Positions 1-12,483 of a stretch of 64,000 nucleotides of DNA are shown piece by piece. Within the stretch, counting starts at the first letter, position 1. Every line of letters begins with the position of its first letter. Source of the stretch: Botryllus schlosseri (lineage: Eukaryota); NCBI GenBank assembly GCA_051294905.1, contig CM119372.1, forward strand, positions 21,392,001 through 21,456,000, in the 5' to 3' direction. The notes beneath the pieces were generated by a model. It did not search any database, had not been told where the DNA came from, and saw only the letters and a program-made list of their open reading frames with translations. A program made the translations under genes and the position numbers.

Positions 1-328
1 GATATGAATGACGTGAAAAGTACAAATATGCTTATTCTATGCGGCCTCGAAGAACATAACAAGCCAGTTGTGCGACATTACAGATAATTTGGTGTTTTTC
101 TACTATACCTGTTTCATTGCACTTTGAGACAATTATGTGAGTTGATCACAACTTCACACTTATGTCATTTCCACTAACGTGCGTAGCTTTTTACTACATG
201 CTTCGTATATGCTGCGTGCAGCCAATCGAGGTTTCAAAGGCTTGCACAATGTGAAATAGTGTAATGTGCCCTAACTTTCCAGTTGAACGAGGAGTACCTA
301 TAGATATAGGTATAGATATAGGTATTGA

Positions 329-1678
329 CAGGACCGTAACTGCCGCACCCCAAGCCCCCCAATTAGGGGGAGCGATCTCGAAGGGGGCCCAAAATTATTT
401 AGTGAATTAGCATAAATGATAGAGTATTTTATGAAATTATGAAATTTTATGCAACTTTTTCAAATTTTGTTCGCGCATGGCGCGATTTCAAGTTTCCAAG
501 TGCCTTAATTATTGGGTACTCTTTCACCAATATCTAATACGCAAAATTTATCGAAGTGGTCATATCGGCGCTGGCCATGACCGCGCCACGACGCACGAAG
601 ACTTATAAAGTTTTAGGCCATGTAACATGCGACTTCAAGAAGTGTGCCAGAACGATCGACAGCGAGAAAACCTTGGCCGAAAAGGACTGCCCTTACTCGG
701 ACCGAACACTACGTTATGTATATACAAAATACATATATGTATTATTGACCATAGGCGCCTAAATGACTGGCGCCGAATGTTCCTGTCTTGGCAATCTGAA
801 GGTCACGAGACAAATAGGCTACCATCCCGCAGGGAAGAATTATATGCCAGTGAAGAAATACCAATTTGAAATCGTGTGCATCTTTTAGTTTAGTAAGTTT
901 GGGCGATTCTACATTTTTTGATATAGCAGACTGGAGGTCATGAAATAACATCATGTAACGAAGTCGTACCAACGGGTCCGCCCGTCCGAATATGTTTAAT
1001 TATTATTTACGGACCCTACAGTTTCCAAGACACTGCACCCAACTTTACCGATAAATGTGATTACGTGAGCAGAGAGGACAAGTAATTGATAGTAATATAT
1101 ATGCAATTCCCGATGTTATTGATCTATTTTATTTTGAATTATCGAACGTTTTCTCGCTCCACGCCGGCTCACTAAACGCTGATTCTGATTTCGTGGCAGA
1201 AGCGAACAACGGGCCGGGGGGTCGGTTTATCAATCTATGGGAGCTCAAGAACTAAGTTTTTTGGGAGCCTGACGAAGTGCTGTTTCGTTCCTGCCAACGG
1301 GTATACGCTCGACGATGTCTAATTATTATTGAGTGTTCCTACCTTTTCAAACACAACTCACTCGGCTCAACCTGTCAATCTGCTTACGTGAGCAGAGAGG
1401 GGATGAAAATTGATACCAATATATATGCAATTCCCGATTATATTGACCGATTCAATACTGAAATATAAAAAATTCTCGCGCTTGGCGCGATTAGTCGAGC
1501 GAAGCTGCCTTGAACGGACACCCAATTCAGATGATAAATAGCGGTTAACTGCCATCTAGCCTGAGGGGAGCCTGGGGGCTTCGAATTTCGGTTTATCACC
1601 CTATAGGGGCCCAAGAGCAACTTTTATTCTTTTTTTGGGGGGGGGGGGGGGAGCTGACGAAGTGCTGTTACGGCCCTG
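329..1678. mobile_element. Non-autonomous hAT-type DNA transposon (family A)
   Basis: TIRs are CAGGACCGTAAC...GTTACGGCCCTG, with an exact 8-bp TSD GGTATTGA (321-328, 1679-1686). Related reverse-orientation copies lie at ~33890-39109, ~49790-51780 and ~60970-64000. Confidence 0.8.
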
Positions 1679-2689
1679 GGTATTGATAACTAATTTACGG
1701 ATAGATGTGCAACAAGTGACTCACGATTGAATACGCCGTGATGCGTACTGCTTAGCCGAAAAAAGGCAACATAGTTGGTAGTCCTATAGCTCGCGACCCA
1801 AGCGTCCGAATAATTTGATATGTCGGTGTTTATAGAAAGCAAGTGTCGCACTGATTCCAAAAATACGAATTGAAATCTCGCCAGGGCAATAAAACTACTC
1901 CGAAATAGGCAGCAAAGGTTGATTCTTCTGAAAAACGGGAGCGCGGCAACACAATGGCCAACGGCGTCAAGCGAATGATCGGACTAATACAAATTTTCAT
2001 ATTTTGGTGACTATTTTGGGCTCCTTTCATTGCCCTTGTATTCGTGCGGCCCAGACCGTGCTCTGAAATTCTAAATTTGGCCCTGCCGCCGAAAAAGGTT
2101 GGGAACCACTGATCTAAAGCTACCGCTATTCCGCTCGTGGTTCTGGAAATTCCTAAAATCGACCTCGAATGTTGCATTGTAACGGAGTTTAGTATTGTGA
2201 CGCAACATTGCCATCTGAGCAGCTCAGGAGCAGGTGCGCACGAGAGTGAGAGTGTGAATGCTCAATCGGTTGCGCAACAATGGCCAATACGCTTTCGGTT
2301 TGCGCTGCTCCTCTCCTGCGTAATTCTGAAAGCTCTAGTACCGGCTAAGAAAACTGGTTGATTTGAAAATTTTTCTTCCAGAACTTCTGTGTTGACTAAA
2401 AAAAGTCTCGACTCCCAAGAAACCCGCCAACCCGCCAGTGTTGACTAAAAATGGTCGTCATTTTGATCGACTCCCGCATTACCCACTTTTCTCCAATTCT
2501 GCTTACCAATTCTGCCTGGAAGTCGACTTTTACATGCCATTTTAATACTTCTTCTGAAAAAAGAGGATAAATTCTCAAAAACGGGGACATTTAGGCGTCC
2601 TTCCTCCGAGGACACTTTCAATTTTGTGAAAAAAGAGGACAAATTCTCTTGACCCGACCCTCCACTCGTACACTACATGCGTACAACCA

Positions 2690-2990
2690 ATCAAGGTTTC
2701 AAAGGCTTGTAGTGTTGTTCTCTGTGGTATTATCATGGTGTTTGTCGACTACTATAAGGTCATTTACACCAGGCCTGAGGCCGATATTCCTTATTTTTGA
2801 TTCCACGTCTGCATGGCCCACATCTAGTTTTTTTGTAAGACACCGCTTACGCGGATAAGAGGGCGAGCAGGAGCCTAGATAAATCTCCAACACTATAGAA
2901 ATTATGGAGTCGACCTCGGTCGGCCTGGAACCCACAACCCATTGGTGTTGTAGCTGTGGATTATACCACCACTACGCTATTTCGCCACAG
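2690..2990 (-). mobile_element. tRNA-derived SINE
   Basis: The minus strand reads GTGGCGAAATAGCGTAGTGG (A-box-like) ... GGGTTCCAGGCC (B-box-like) ... GGTCGACTCC. The body is shared with a plus-strand copy at ~50580-51160 and a partial copy at ~51800-51960. Boundaries are approximate. Confidence 0.65.
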
Positions 2991-4827
2991 TGTAAAATAG
3001 TGTCGAAACTATAATTTTAGTTGACAAATTCTAGTACCTGTAATAAGCGTTTCATTTCAGTGCTGTACTCGAAAAAATCATCTTTCACTACTCGGCTTGA
3101 ATCACTAGAACCAATGCTCAATTCGATTTGAGTAGGCACTCGATTCATGGTGCCAAGTCCTAAACGTGACTTTCATCGCTCTTACATACTTGTTGGTCAG
3201 AAAATAGGGGGGGGGCAGAACACAAGTTGGAGCAGCGTATAATAAACTGGCGAGCTCTCCTCTGCCCACTCTTTTTGATGGTTCTGAACCTGAAAGCTTA
3301 TTTTCGCAAGCTCTCAGGCAGAAGCATAAAACTAAGATATGGATTTTGTAACACTTCGATGAACATGACGCCTCCGGGACCTTTGTGTCATAGCCTAACT
3401 CTTAAACACGATTTATGCTAGCAAGCATTTTTCACCAGCGGAAAGGTGCTTTATATTTTGTATAGATCTTTCGGTATAACAGTTTTCGGTTGGTTCGTGC
3501 GGATGAAATATTATTTGAAAAAAAGTGCGGATGGTTCCTAAAAATGGTTGAATAGCACTACTGTCTCATGTGAACAAAGTAGCTTAAACGAACACAACTT
3601 GTGTTGGCGCGTACTCAGGGCATGTGCCTTATCATGGTTAAGTCATAAGAATATATACAACCATAATGACGTGATTTTATTCCACGCCTGCGTGCTCAAG
3701 TGCTCATGTGTCGCACACTTCTTGAAATCTTTACGGCAGTTGAAAGCCGGTGCTCATTTAATTCGTTTTCTGGTGATACTAAAAATCGTCTCGGGCAGCG
3801 CAAGGGAAAACTCCCAAGTTCAATAAACCTGTCCTGAAAATTCTCTTAATACTATTCTAGAAAACTTTTATTGGCTCCATAATAAACAATATCTTGCCAT
3901 ATTTGTCATAGTTACACAACTACACCAATATATCACAGACCTGATGCAGTCGTGTTCTGGGCCTGTATTGCAAGGCGAAATTCTGCGTACCATCGAAGAA
4001 TCACAAACTCGAAACGATTCTGAACGAAATTGGGTCAGTTGCTATTGAAAGAGACAGGCTAGTATGCCCTATATTACCAATACCGTGTCTTCTCTCTAAC
4101 AAATTCATTTGAACTGCGGGTTGTGTAGCAACGAACCCGTACTTACGCGCGATACGAGTACGCGGATGGAATCTCAACATGATTTTAGATGATTATAGGA
4201 TCCCCGAATCCCAATTTTTGAGGCACCGCGAGCCCTCACCGTATGCGAAATAGGAATTAAGATCATTGAATTTGATCACATTCGGGTCGCGCGTATAACG
4301 CCCGAAAACTTACTGATCTTGCATGACGTCGCAATCAATTTGAAAATGAAATGTCATGAAGAGGTTGCGCAAGCGCGACAATGCCATGTCATGAAATGAA
4401 CGAAAACGTACATGGCGAAAGAAATCACTAAATAGATGCATTAGGCCTGCTTCATGGAAATTATTCATTCGAAATACATTCAGTTTGTTTCTAAGCTACG
4501 AAGAGCGGCAGCAGATGCGTGAAATAGTCGTATACGGCTTGTGAGTCACGGGTTGCCGACTCCGAGTCTAGACGAATTGACATTGCACGACGTCCGATTA
4601 CGATAATTATACTGCATAGTACTGAAGTAACAGTGACAAAACAATAACACATAGCTCTTCAGTTTTCAATGATGAATTAGGTATTGTATAGCCTACCTAT
4701 ATTCTGTAGCGATCTCGCTTTGCGATGATTCATTTGCCATAACTGAGAGTCTGTCAACAAGTGTGAGACCAAAAGTCCATAAATATAATGATCTCCATTT
4801 TCCACTCGGGATAATTTCTTCATTCTT

Positions 4828-5092
4828 TCACACAATTAGTCTTTCGCACATGGCTGAATATGAGCCTGCACATGGGGCATCTCCTAGTCCGACTCTCCCT
4901 CCTTTAGTCTGAAGCCAAACCATGCAACCCTCCCTTAATCCCATGTTCGGCTCTCCACTCACCCAGGCTGCGATATCATTCGTATCTATCACTACGGAAT
5001 CCTGGAAGATCCACGAGTTTTCGATGATGGCGTCTGACGCACCGACGTAGTAAACCGTACCGTCAGGAATCTTCATAGCAGATTTGTCGAAA
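4828..5092 (-). CDS. C-type lectin domain protein, terminal coding exon (C-terminal half of the CTLD, EPN type)
   Basis: The translation YYVGASD..ENSWIFQD..W..GEPN....EGC......LGDAPC......MCE* matches the CTLD pattern (WIGL-like strand, EPN, conserved cysteines). CAG acceptor at 5095-5093, phase 2. Stop at 4830-4828. Confidence 0.8.
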
Positions 5093-5118
5093 CTGACAGA
5101 TTGAAGACGAGTGTCAGG

Positions 5119-5420
5119 CAGAGGTGATCAAAGTAGTCAAGAAGTAGAAGTAGCGACGAAAAAATCTACTCAAGTACGAGTAGAAGTACGTCTCACATAA
5201 GCATCCTAAATCTATTTGAAGTAAAAGTAGAATTGACTGACTGTAAATCTACTCAAGTAAGTACGTAAGTAGTTGTGAAAACGATCGTAATTCGTTCGCA
5301 TGGACTGTCAAAAGCTGCAAATGGAGCTATACGAACGGTGTAGAGAGCTTGATTCATATTGATGCATCCCAGGAGGTGTTAATTTGTGACAGAATAAGCA
5401 GTTGTCCTCATCATGGGATG
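5119..5420 (+). mobile_element. Partial copy (left end) of the AGTA-rich non-autonomous hAT family B
   Basis: Begins CAGAGGTGATCAAAGTAGTC and is colinear with the start of the copies at 42699 and ~57051. The right boundary is approximate. Confidence 0.7.
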
Positions 5421-8400
5421 TAATTGATAGTATTGATTGGAGAATACGATTTTTTGTTGATAATTCTCGGATTATCCTTGATCCGGGGATTATCAACGAA
5501 AAACTCAAAAAGTTCCGCTTCTACAAGTCGGAATTGACTCAAATTTGTTTTGCATCGTCTTTGAAGACAGTGCAATTTTTTGGAATTAAAAACATAAAAC
5601 CTACTTTTGAAAATTGCTGAATAAAACCATAAGCTGGATAAACTGAGCTGGAACGGAAATTGATTTACTTTGAAACCTGCTCAATAATATATCAGGATTA
5701 CATAGCCTACGTCCCTCCCAAGCTTGTATGCGTAATGTAGATTTAAAATCAAGTCAACAATTTCATGGGGTTGACAGAAAAATTTGGGAATTTTTATTTT
5801 TTTATTTTTAATATTAATTTAAAAATTTCAATTCAAGATTGCACGGCCGTTACTGGTTGGAATTGAGTCAACTTTGGTGTGCATCGTTTTCTTAGACAAC
5901 CTGACGATTTAGTCATTAGGCGAGTCAGATTTGGAAAAAAAAAGTTTTTTTGAACAACTCTACTGAACAATGAACACTCGGGAACAAGGAAGAGATATTA
6001 TACCAGGTTAGTGATAGCACAGACGTCTGATTTTCAAATGCCACTGCTCATTATTACGTCAGAAGTATTTGCTTTGCTCGTCATTGCGTAAGAAGTATCC
6101 ACCCACCCCACACGCATTGAATATATATTTGATGTAGGCCTACATTGTAGTGTGATTGTACGAAGGCCTGCCATGCTGTACATCCGGTTATCAATACACT
6201 CCAGACGCCACTACCTGGCAGCAGGATAATATAATCACCGCACTCTGCCTAGTTTCAAATAGTAACTTATGTGTTTCTGTTTAGTTTTACTTAGTTAAAA
6301 TTAGTTTGACCGTTGCTGCTTGGCGAGCAGTAGGCCTATGTACGTACGGAGTACACCAGACAAGAATTTGAAATTTTGTATTCGTAAACGAAACATTACG
6401 ATTTCCACAACGAAGGATTATAAATCAACATCCGCTGATATATATCACAACCAAGCCGTTCTTTGCCGTTTCTCTTAACGGCAGCTTGCGGTACCTGTAT
6501 TAAGTGAAAAGCAGAATTTTATGTTCACTTTATCTTATCCTCATATGGCTCTACTTGAAACGGGGGCCAATCGCAGTTCGTCACTCGACATTTGGACCTT
6601 CTGCCAGACCCACACCATGTTAGCGAGGGTTGTAGCCAGAATCGGGACCAAAACAGAATTTCATTCCCCATTTCAAACGTTGGTCTTGGGCCCCCATATC
6701 GCTGTCGTTTTTCAAGTTGATGACTGAATTTCGTCAATAGTATTGATAATTGCATTATATTGCTATTCATGTTTGATCCTCTCCGAGCCCGGATGGTCAG
6801 ATTCACCAGTAGAGCTGGGGGCACGTAATTCATAATTAAAATATCTGGTATGTTAATTGTTATAATTACTTTATTGTATGTTGTTAATTCGTGACCACCA
6901 GTCTGTTATATAATCAAAAATATGGTAGTCGTCCAAACCAGAGATGGAAGTCGGGCCGGGCTTTTCGGGTTCGGGCCGGGTTCGGGCCGGGTTCGGGCCG
7001 GGTTCGGGCCCAAAGTTATAAAAATTATCGGGCTTGAATCGGGCCGAATAGTCACTACGAAAAGCATTGACTTCATATACAAATTTGATTTGCAATTTTG
7101 TTCGAAAGTGGCACAACTACATATAAGATACACCAATACCGTATCACGTAAGTATGGCAATATCTGTGAATAAACTTTATACGAAGTACGAACCCAGATA
7201 AACTTCATTATAAGACGGCCCGAAGACTATGATTGTAATGAAACAATGTCAGCTAAATAGTAAACAAGCGTCCCAAATACGCCAGACATTGATCGTTGTT
7301 CAGGCAACATTGTGACGAAAACATGAATTACGGATGGATGGATAACCATGCTGGAGCCTGGATTACTACCAATTTAGTTTTATTTTCGATGAGGCATGCT
7401 GAACTGAACAGCTAGAAGCAGGTGATGAGACGACGGCTTCCGTTGTGGCACAGCAGGATTGATCGATAGATGTGTTAAGGCGGTGTTAATATTTATTAAA
7501 AAAGCTTTTAGATGCGCCATAGTCAGGGGCGTAGCCAGCCGAGATAAAAAGGGGGTAGAACTGAATAAAGGGGGCAGAATGAGCCTCTATGCGTCATACC
7601 TTTAGCGATAGCGACTTCTGTATTCCGTACGCTTTTGAAAGCGTAACTAATTGGCGGATCTAATTACTGAAAGCGAGTTAGCAATCAACAGCTTGCACGG
7701 GATCGTGTTAGCAATCAACAACTTGCACGGGGATCATGTTACGATGCGCATGCGCTCATCCCGTGACAGTGCAGGAGATCTTATGGGTCAAGTGTAGAAT
7801 ACGGCCACCTCGAGAAAGTGATCCCCATGACCATCACCGATTAGTGTTGCACATGAACGTGTCGGAATTCATAGTGCTTCACGTAATTACCGACTGTGCT
7901 CCCCACAAAACCCTATAAATCAGGGGTTCTCAACCCGCGGGCCGCATGCGGCCCGCGACATCTTTCAATATAATCACAAAACCCTATAAATCGAGTCGGG
8001 GTTCCATATTATATCATATTATTGCCTCTTATAAACAACTCATCTTGAATTCACAGATACACATGCCGGTGATGAGCAAGATTACATTTTACATCGCTCG
8101 CTCGCATGCCAGATGAAGAACTTGTACAAGAAAACGAAGGAAAAGGGCAAGGAAGCGACTTACTCCGATCTCTTCACCACATTATGTATTGTGTATCGCA
8201 TTTTATCGAAAATTTAAAAAATACAACGCTCTTAGCGCCCACAACACTCATGTACAGACACTGACATAATAGGGTGTGATAATAGGTGCGGGGGAGATAA
8301 CGTAATGGTAACGATAAGCGCCCACTAATTTGGCGGACCCGGTTCGATTCTCGTCGGACGTTTATCCCCCGCTGTTGCCATTCTTGCAGTGACAAAAAAG

Positions 8401-8442
8401 CCCAGAAAATACCATGAAAAGAACTGGACATCAGGCACTCTA

Positions 8443-9108
8443 GGCGGCCAAGATACTCATGAAGGTACTCTCCAATAATAGGGCATGATACCAAGTGTAC
8501 TTTGCGGCCAAGATACTCATGTAGGTACTCTCTCACAATAGAGCATGATACCAAGTGTACTTTGCGGCCAAGATACTCATGTAGGTACTCTCTCACAATA
8601 GGGCATGATACCAAGTGTACTTTTCAGCCACCAAAGTTATGTACAGACACTCGCGTAGTCGGGTATGATACCAAGTGTACTTTTCAGCCACAAGACTTAT
8701 GTGAAGACACTCGCATAGTCGGGTATGATACCAAGTGTACTTTTCAGCCACCATAGGTATGTACAGACACTCGCGTAGTCGGGTATGATACCAAGTGTAC
8801 TTTGCGGCCAAGATACTCATGTAGGTAGCCTACTCTCTCACAATAGGGCATGATACCAAGTGTACTTTTCAGCCACCATAGTTATGTACAGACACTCGCG
8901 TAGTCGGGTATGATACCAAGTGTACTTTTCAGCCACAAGACTTATGTGAAGACACTCGCATAGTCGGGTATGATACCAAGTGTACTTTTCAGCCACCATA
9001 GGTATGTACAGACACTCGCGTAGTCGGGTATGATACCAAGTGTACTTTTCAGCCACCATAGGTATGTACAGACACTCGCATAGTCGGGTATGATATGAAG
9101 TGTACTTT
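8443..9108 (+). repeat. 60-bp tandem repeat array, left arm (~11 units, two subtypes)
   Basis: The core ATGATACCAAGTGTACTTT recurs every 60 bp, with two subtypes (..GCGGCCAAGATACTCATG.. and ..CAGCCACC/ACAAG..). Confidence 0.9.
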
Positions 9109-9917
9109 TTGTAATATGTTTCAATGTATTTAAAAACGTACCAGTAAAAACCGCACAACCAGTCCTCTCGCCCTCGAGCCCGTTCTGTCTATCGCGTGAC
9201 AGGAGCGTCGGGAGCACACACATAATAATTACGTTAATCACAATCACACTTCTTCTTGATCTAAAGATTACAAAGGAACCAAACACATAACGCAACGATG
9301 TAACTTCAAACGTGAAATCAAGTAAACAATTCTAAAAGTGTATATATGAAACGGCAAACTTCCCCTTGGTCTGAAGATCGCACGGGAAGCCAAGTCAACG
9401 TGGTAAGTGTGGAACGAAAACACTAATACGTACTGTACACATATCGATAGGCTACATCACACTGCAAGAAAATTTGACATATATGGTTGTGATTTATTGA
9501 CGGGGAAGGGGAATCGTTTATTGGTCTATCATTTATTGGTCTTCCTACCCCAGTGATCAATTGATCACTTAACCAAATTCAAAGCTTTCGAGTGTAACCC
9601 CACAGTGTATCGTATATAAGACTGTCTGGGCTAATTGTGAATAAATAGCACGAGTCGATTGATATTAGAAGCACACAAAGTGAAGCCCAAAACTAAAACA
9701 TACTGGCGTACAATAAAACAAACAACTGCGGTGTAGGTGTGACTCAAACGATGCACGAAAGCGATGATGACTGGAATTTGCCGCATACAGAATTCGCACT
9801 TGAAGGCTAAAACTTGTAAGGTACATGGAATCACCACAAGGCATGCCTTACATAAGCATTACGCACGAACAAAACAAATGTAAAAGATCACTACAGATAA
9901 TATAACCAAAATCTAGC

Positions 9918-10400
9918 CTACATAAAAATCAGCCAGCTATTGTGGCGGCGCTCGATCCCGATTTGGTCGCGATTCATCCCGTCAACCTCGACCACCACGT
10001 CGGCAACAACTCTATTCCATGTAGTAGTACATCGAACATTTGGTGGCTTCACGAACACTACATCGCCGACTTGGTATGGATTGGAACGATTTTGTCGGTC
10101 CCATCTCTTTCGGCTTGCGCGGATCATTGAAGATGGCAAACCAGATTCATAGCGGAACACCTTATCCGCAGGTACAATATCTTCTGAATTCGGGGTGTGA
10201 TTGTACCAATACACCATTCGTTCAACACTACCTCCAGATCTCGCAGCCATTCTTTTGATAGTTCTGTGATTCCGCTCCACAATACCATTTCCAGAATACC
10301 GGTACGCGCAACTGAACACATGTTCCACCCCACAACTGTTCAGAAACTGGCACATTTTCTGGCTAGTTTTTTTTCGGGCTGTTTTCTCACAAATGATTTG
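9918..10400 (-). pseudogene. Ty3/Gypsy integrase C-terminal fragment (relic) inside the foldback element
   Basis: The ORF contains SGNGIVERNHRTIK (catalytic E helix), YWYNHTP and a GPY/F-module-like PYQVGDVVFVKPP..W. There are no LTRs or other pol domains nearby. Confidence 0.75.
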
Positions 10401-10663
10401 ACCGCAACCGAAGCAATCGAAGTTTACGTTGTCGTAAACTAGTATAGTAAAGTAATTGAATAGCAAAATGTATATTACTGTTCTCTGTTCTTACCCTAAC
10501 CAAACCTATTGTTTTATTGGAATTGAATTCAAATAAATAGTTTATTATAGTCTTGAAACATTGGCGCAGGCTGGAATTGTATCATATCAATTTGTAAATG
10601 GATAATGTATTGCATCTTATCAATTTGTTTCTCTTTTCTCTATTTTGGCTGGTAACTATAAAC

Positions 10664-11096
10664 TAGGCTTACCATATTTTGGAAATCAAAAATGAGGACA
10701 CTTTTTCAGAAATTTGCAACTTGCAAAACCGGAGTAAAATTCTGAAAAACCGGTTAATTCTTCCCACTTTGTGATCGGTTGACTCAAAAAAAAAAAGGTC
10801 ATCACTTCCGCTCAGAGCTGAGAATATCTCCCCTTTGCCAGGTGGATGACTAAAAAAAAGGGCATCTTTTCGCTCAGAGCTAAAATCACCGTTTTTCACG
10901 CCGAAATCCCCGCCGGAGCTTCACTTCTGTGCTAATATGCGGCATATCACTCGCAATTTGCTCTAAATCTGCCTAAACTTTCAAAAAAGAGGACAAAATC
11001 TCAAAAAAGAGGACAAAAGGGCGTCCTCCGAGGACACTTTCAAAAAAGTCAAAAAAGAGGACAAATCCTCTTAAAAGAGGACGTATGGTAAGCCTA
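10664..11096. mobile_element. hAT-type MITE (GAGGAC-rich family C)
   Basis: TIRs are TAGGCTTACCATA...TATGGTAAGCCTA, with an exact 8-bp TSD CTATAAAC. Related copies lie at ~2370-2650, ~17230-17600 and 55947-56279. Confidence 0.8.
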
Positions 11097-11287
11097 CTAT
11101 AAACTGAGGCTATGCAATTACTCACGTAGATTAGCAATTCTACGTATATGTGAGCGATACAGCGCATTCTTGCGCGTATATTTAACTCTATATTCGTTCA
11201 TCGGCTCAAAATCAATGACCATTCAATTTGTATATCAGACACCTATCAAAATACAATGAAGTAATCATGCCTCATACTTCCAAAAGA

Positions 11288-11488
11288 CAACTTGACTTGA
11301 ATTGTGACTTGACTCGTGACTTGACTTGACTCGACTCGACTTGACTCGAGTCATCTCCAAAAATCTAGTGACTTGACTTGACTCGAGTCACTTTCGAAAA
11401 TCGATTGACTTGACTTGACTCGAGTCAAAATGTGCAATGACTCGAAATGACTCGTGACTCGAAGGTAGTGACTTGATCCCAACACTGG
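11288..11488. mobile_element. End of a GACTCGAGT/GACTT-repeat DNA transposon abutting the right repeat array of the foldback element
   Basis: Dense GACTTGACTCGAGTC motifs end in ...GATCCCAACACTG. Similar motif clusters lie at 17600-17770 and 19540-19730. Confidence 0.55.
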
Positions 11489-12483
11489 TGTCTTCACATA
11501 AGTCTTGTGGCTGAAAAGTACACTTCATATCATACCCGACTATACGCGAGTGTCTGTACATACCTATGGTGGCTGAAAAGTACACTTGGTATCATACCCG
11601 ACTATGCGAGTGTCTTCACATAAGTATTGTGGCTTGAAAGTACACTTGATAACATACCCGACTACGCGAGTGTCTGTACATACCTATGGCGGCTGAAAAG
11701 TACACTTGGTTAACATACCCGACTATGCGAGTGTCTTCACATAAGTCTTGTAGCTGAAAAGTACACTTGGTATCATACCCGACTACGCGAGTGTCTGTAC
11801 ATACCTATGGTGGCTGAAAAGTACACTTGGTATCATACCCGACTATGCGAGTGTCTTCACATAAGTCTTGTGGCTGAAAAGTACACTTGGTATCATACCC
11901 GACTATGCGAGTGTCTTCACATAAGTATTGTGGCTGGAAAGTACACTTCATATCATACCCGACTATGCGAGTGTCTGTGCATAACTATTGTGGCTGTAAA
12001 GTACACTTGGTATGATATGATACGCGACTATGCGAGTGTCTTCACATAAGTCTTATGGCCGAAAAGTACACTTATTATCATACCCGACTATGCGAGTGTC
12101 TTCACATAAGTCTTGTGGCTGAAAAGTACACTTGGTATCATACCCGACTACGCGAGTGTCTGTACATACCTATGGTGGCTGAAAAGTACACTTGGTATCA
12201 TGCCCTATTGTGAGAGAGTACCTACATGAGTATTTTGGCCGCAAAGTACACTTGGTATCATGCCCTATTATTGGAGAGTACCTACATGAGTATCTTGGCC
12301 GCAAAGTACACTTGGTATCATGCCCTATTGTGAGAGAGTACCTACATGAGTATCTTGGCTGCAAAGTACACTTGGTATCATGCCCTATTCTTGGAGAGTA
12401 CCTACATGAGTATCTTGGCCGCAAAGTACACTTGGTATCATGCCCTATTATTGGAGAGTACCTACATGAGTATCTTGGCCGCC
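11488..12483 (-). repeat. 60-bp tandem repeat array, right arm (~16 units)
   Basis: Reverse complement of the 8443-9108 array (core AAAGTACACTTGGTATCAT), with more units than the left arm. Confidence 0.9.

Noticed and set aside
2690..2990. tRNA gene (also ~50580-50960 and ~56310-56390)
   Set aside because: A/B-box-like motifs are present but there is no convincing cloverleaf. The heads at 2690 and 50580 continue into a shared repeat body, as SINEs do.
8443..12483. 60-bp periodic arrays as CRISPR arrays
   Set aside because: The intervening sequences are themselves repeated (two or three variants), there are no cas genes, the context is eukaryotic, and the arrays are mirror parts of transposon TIRs.
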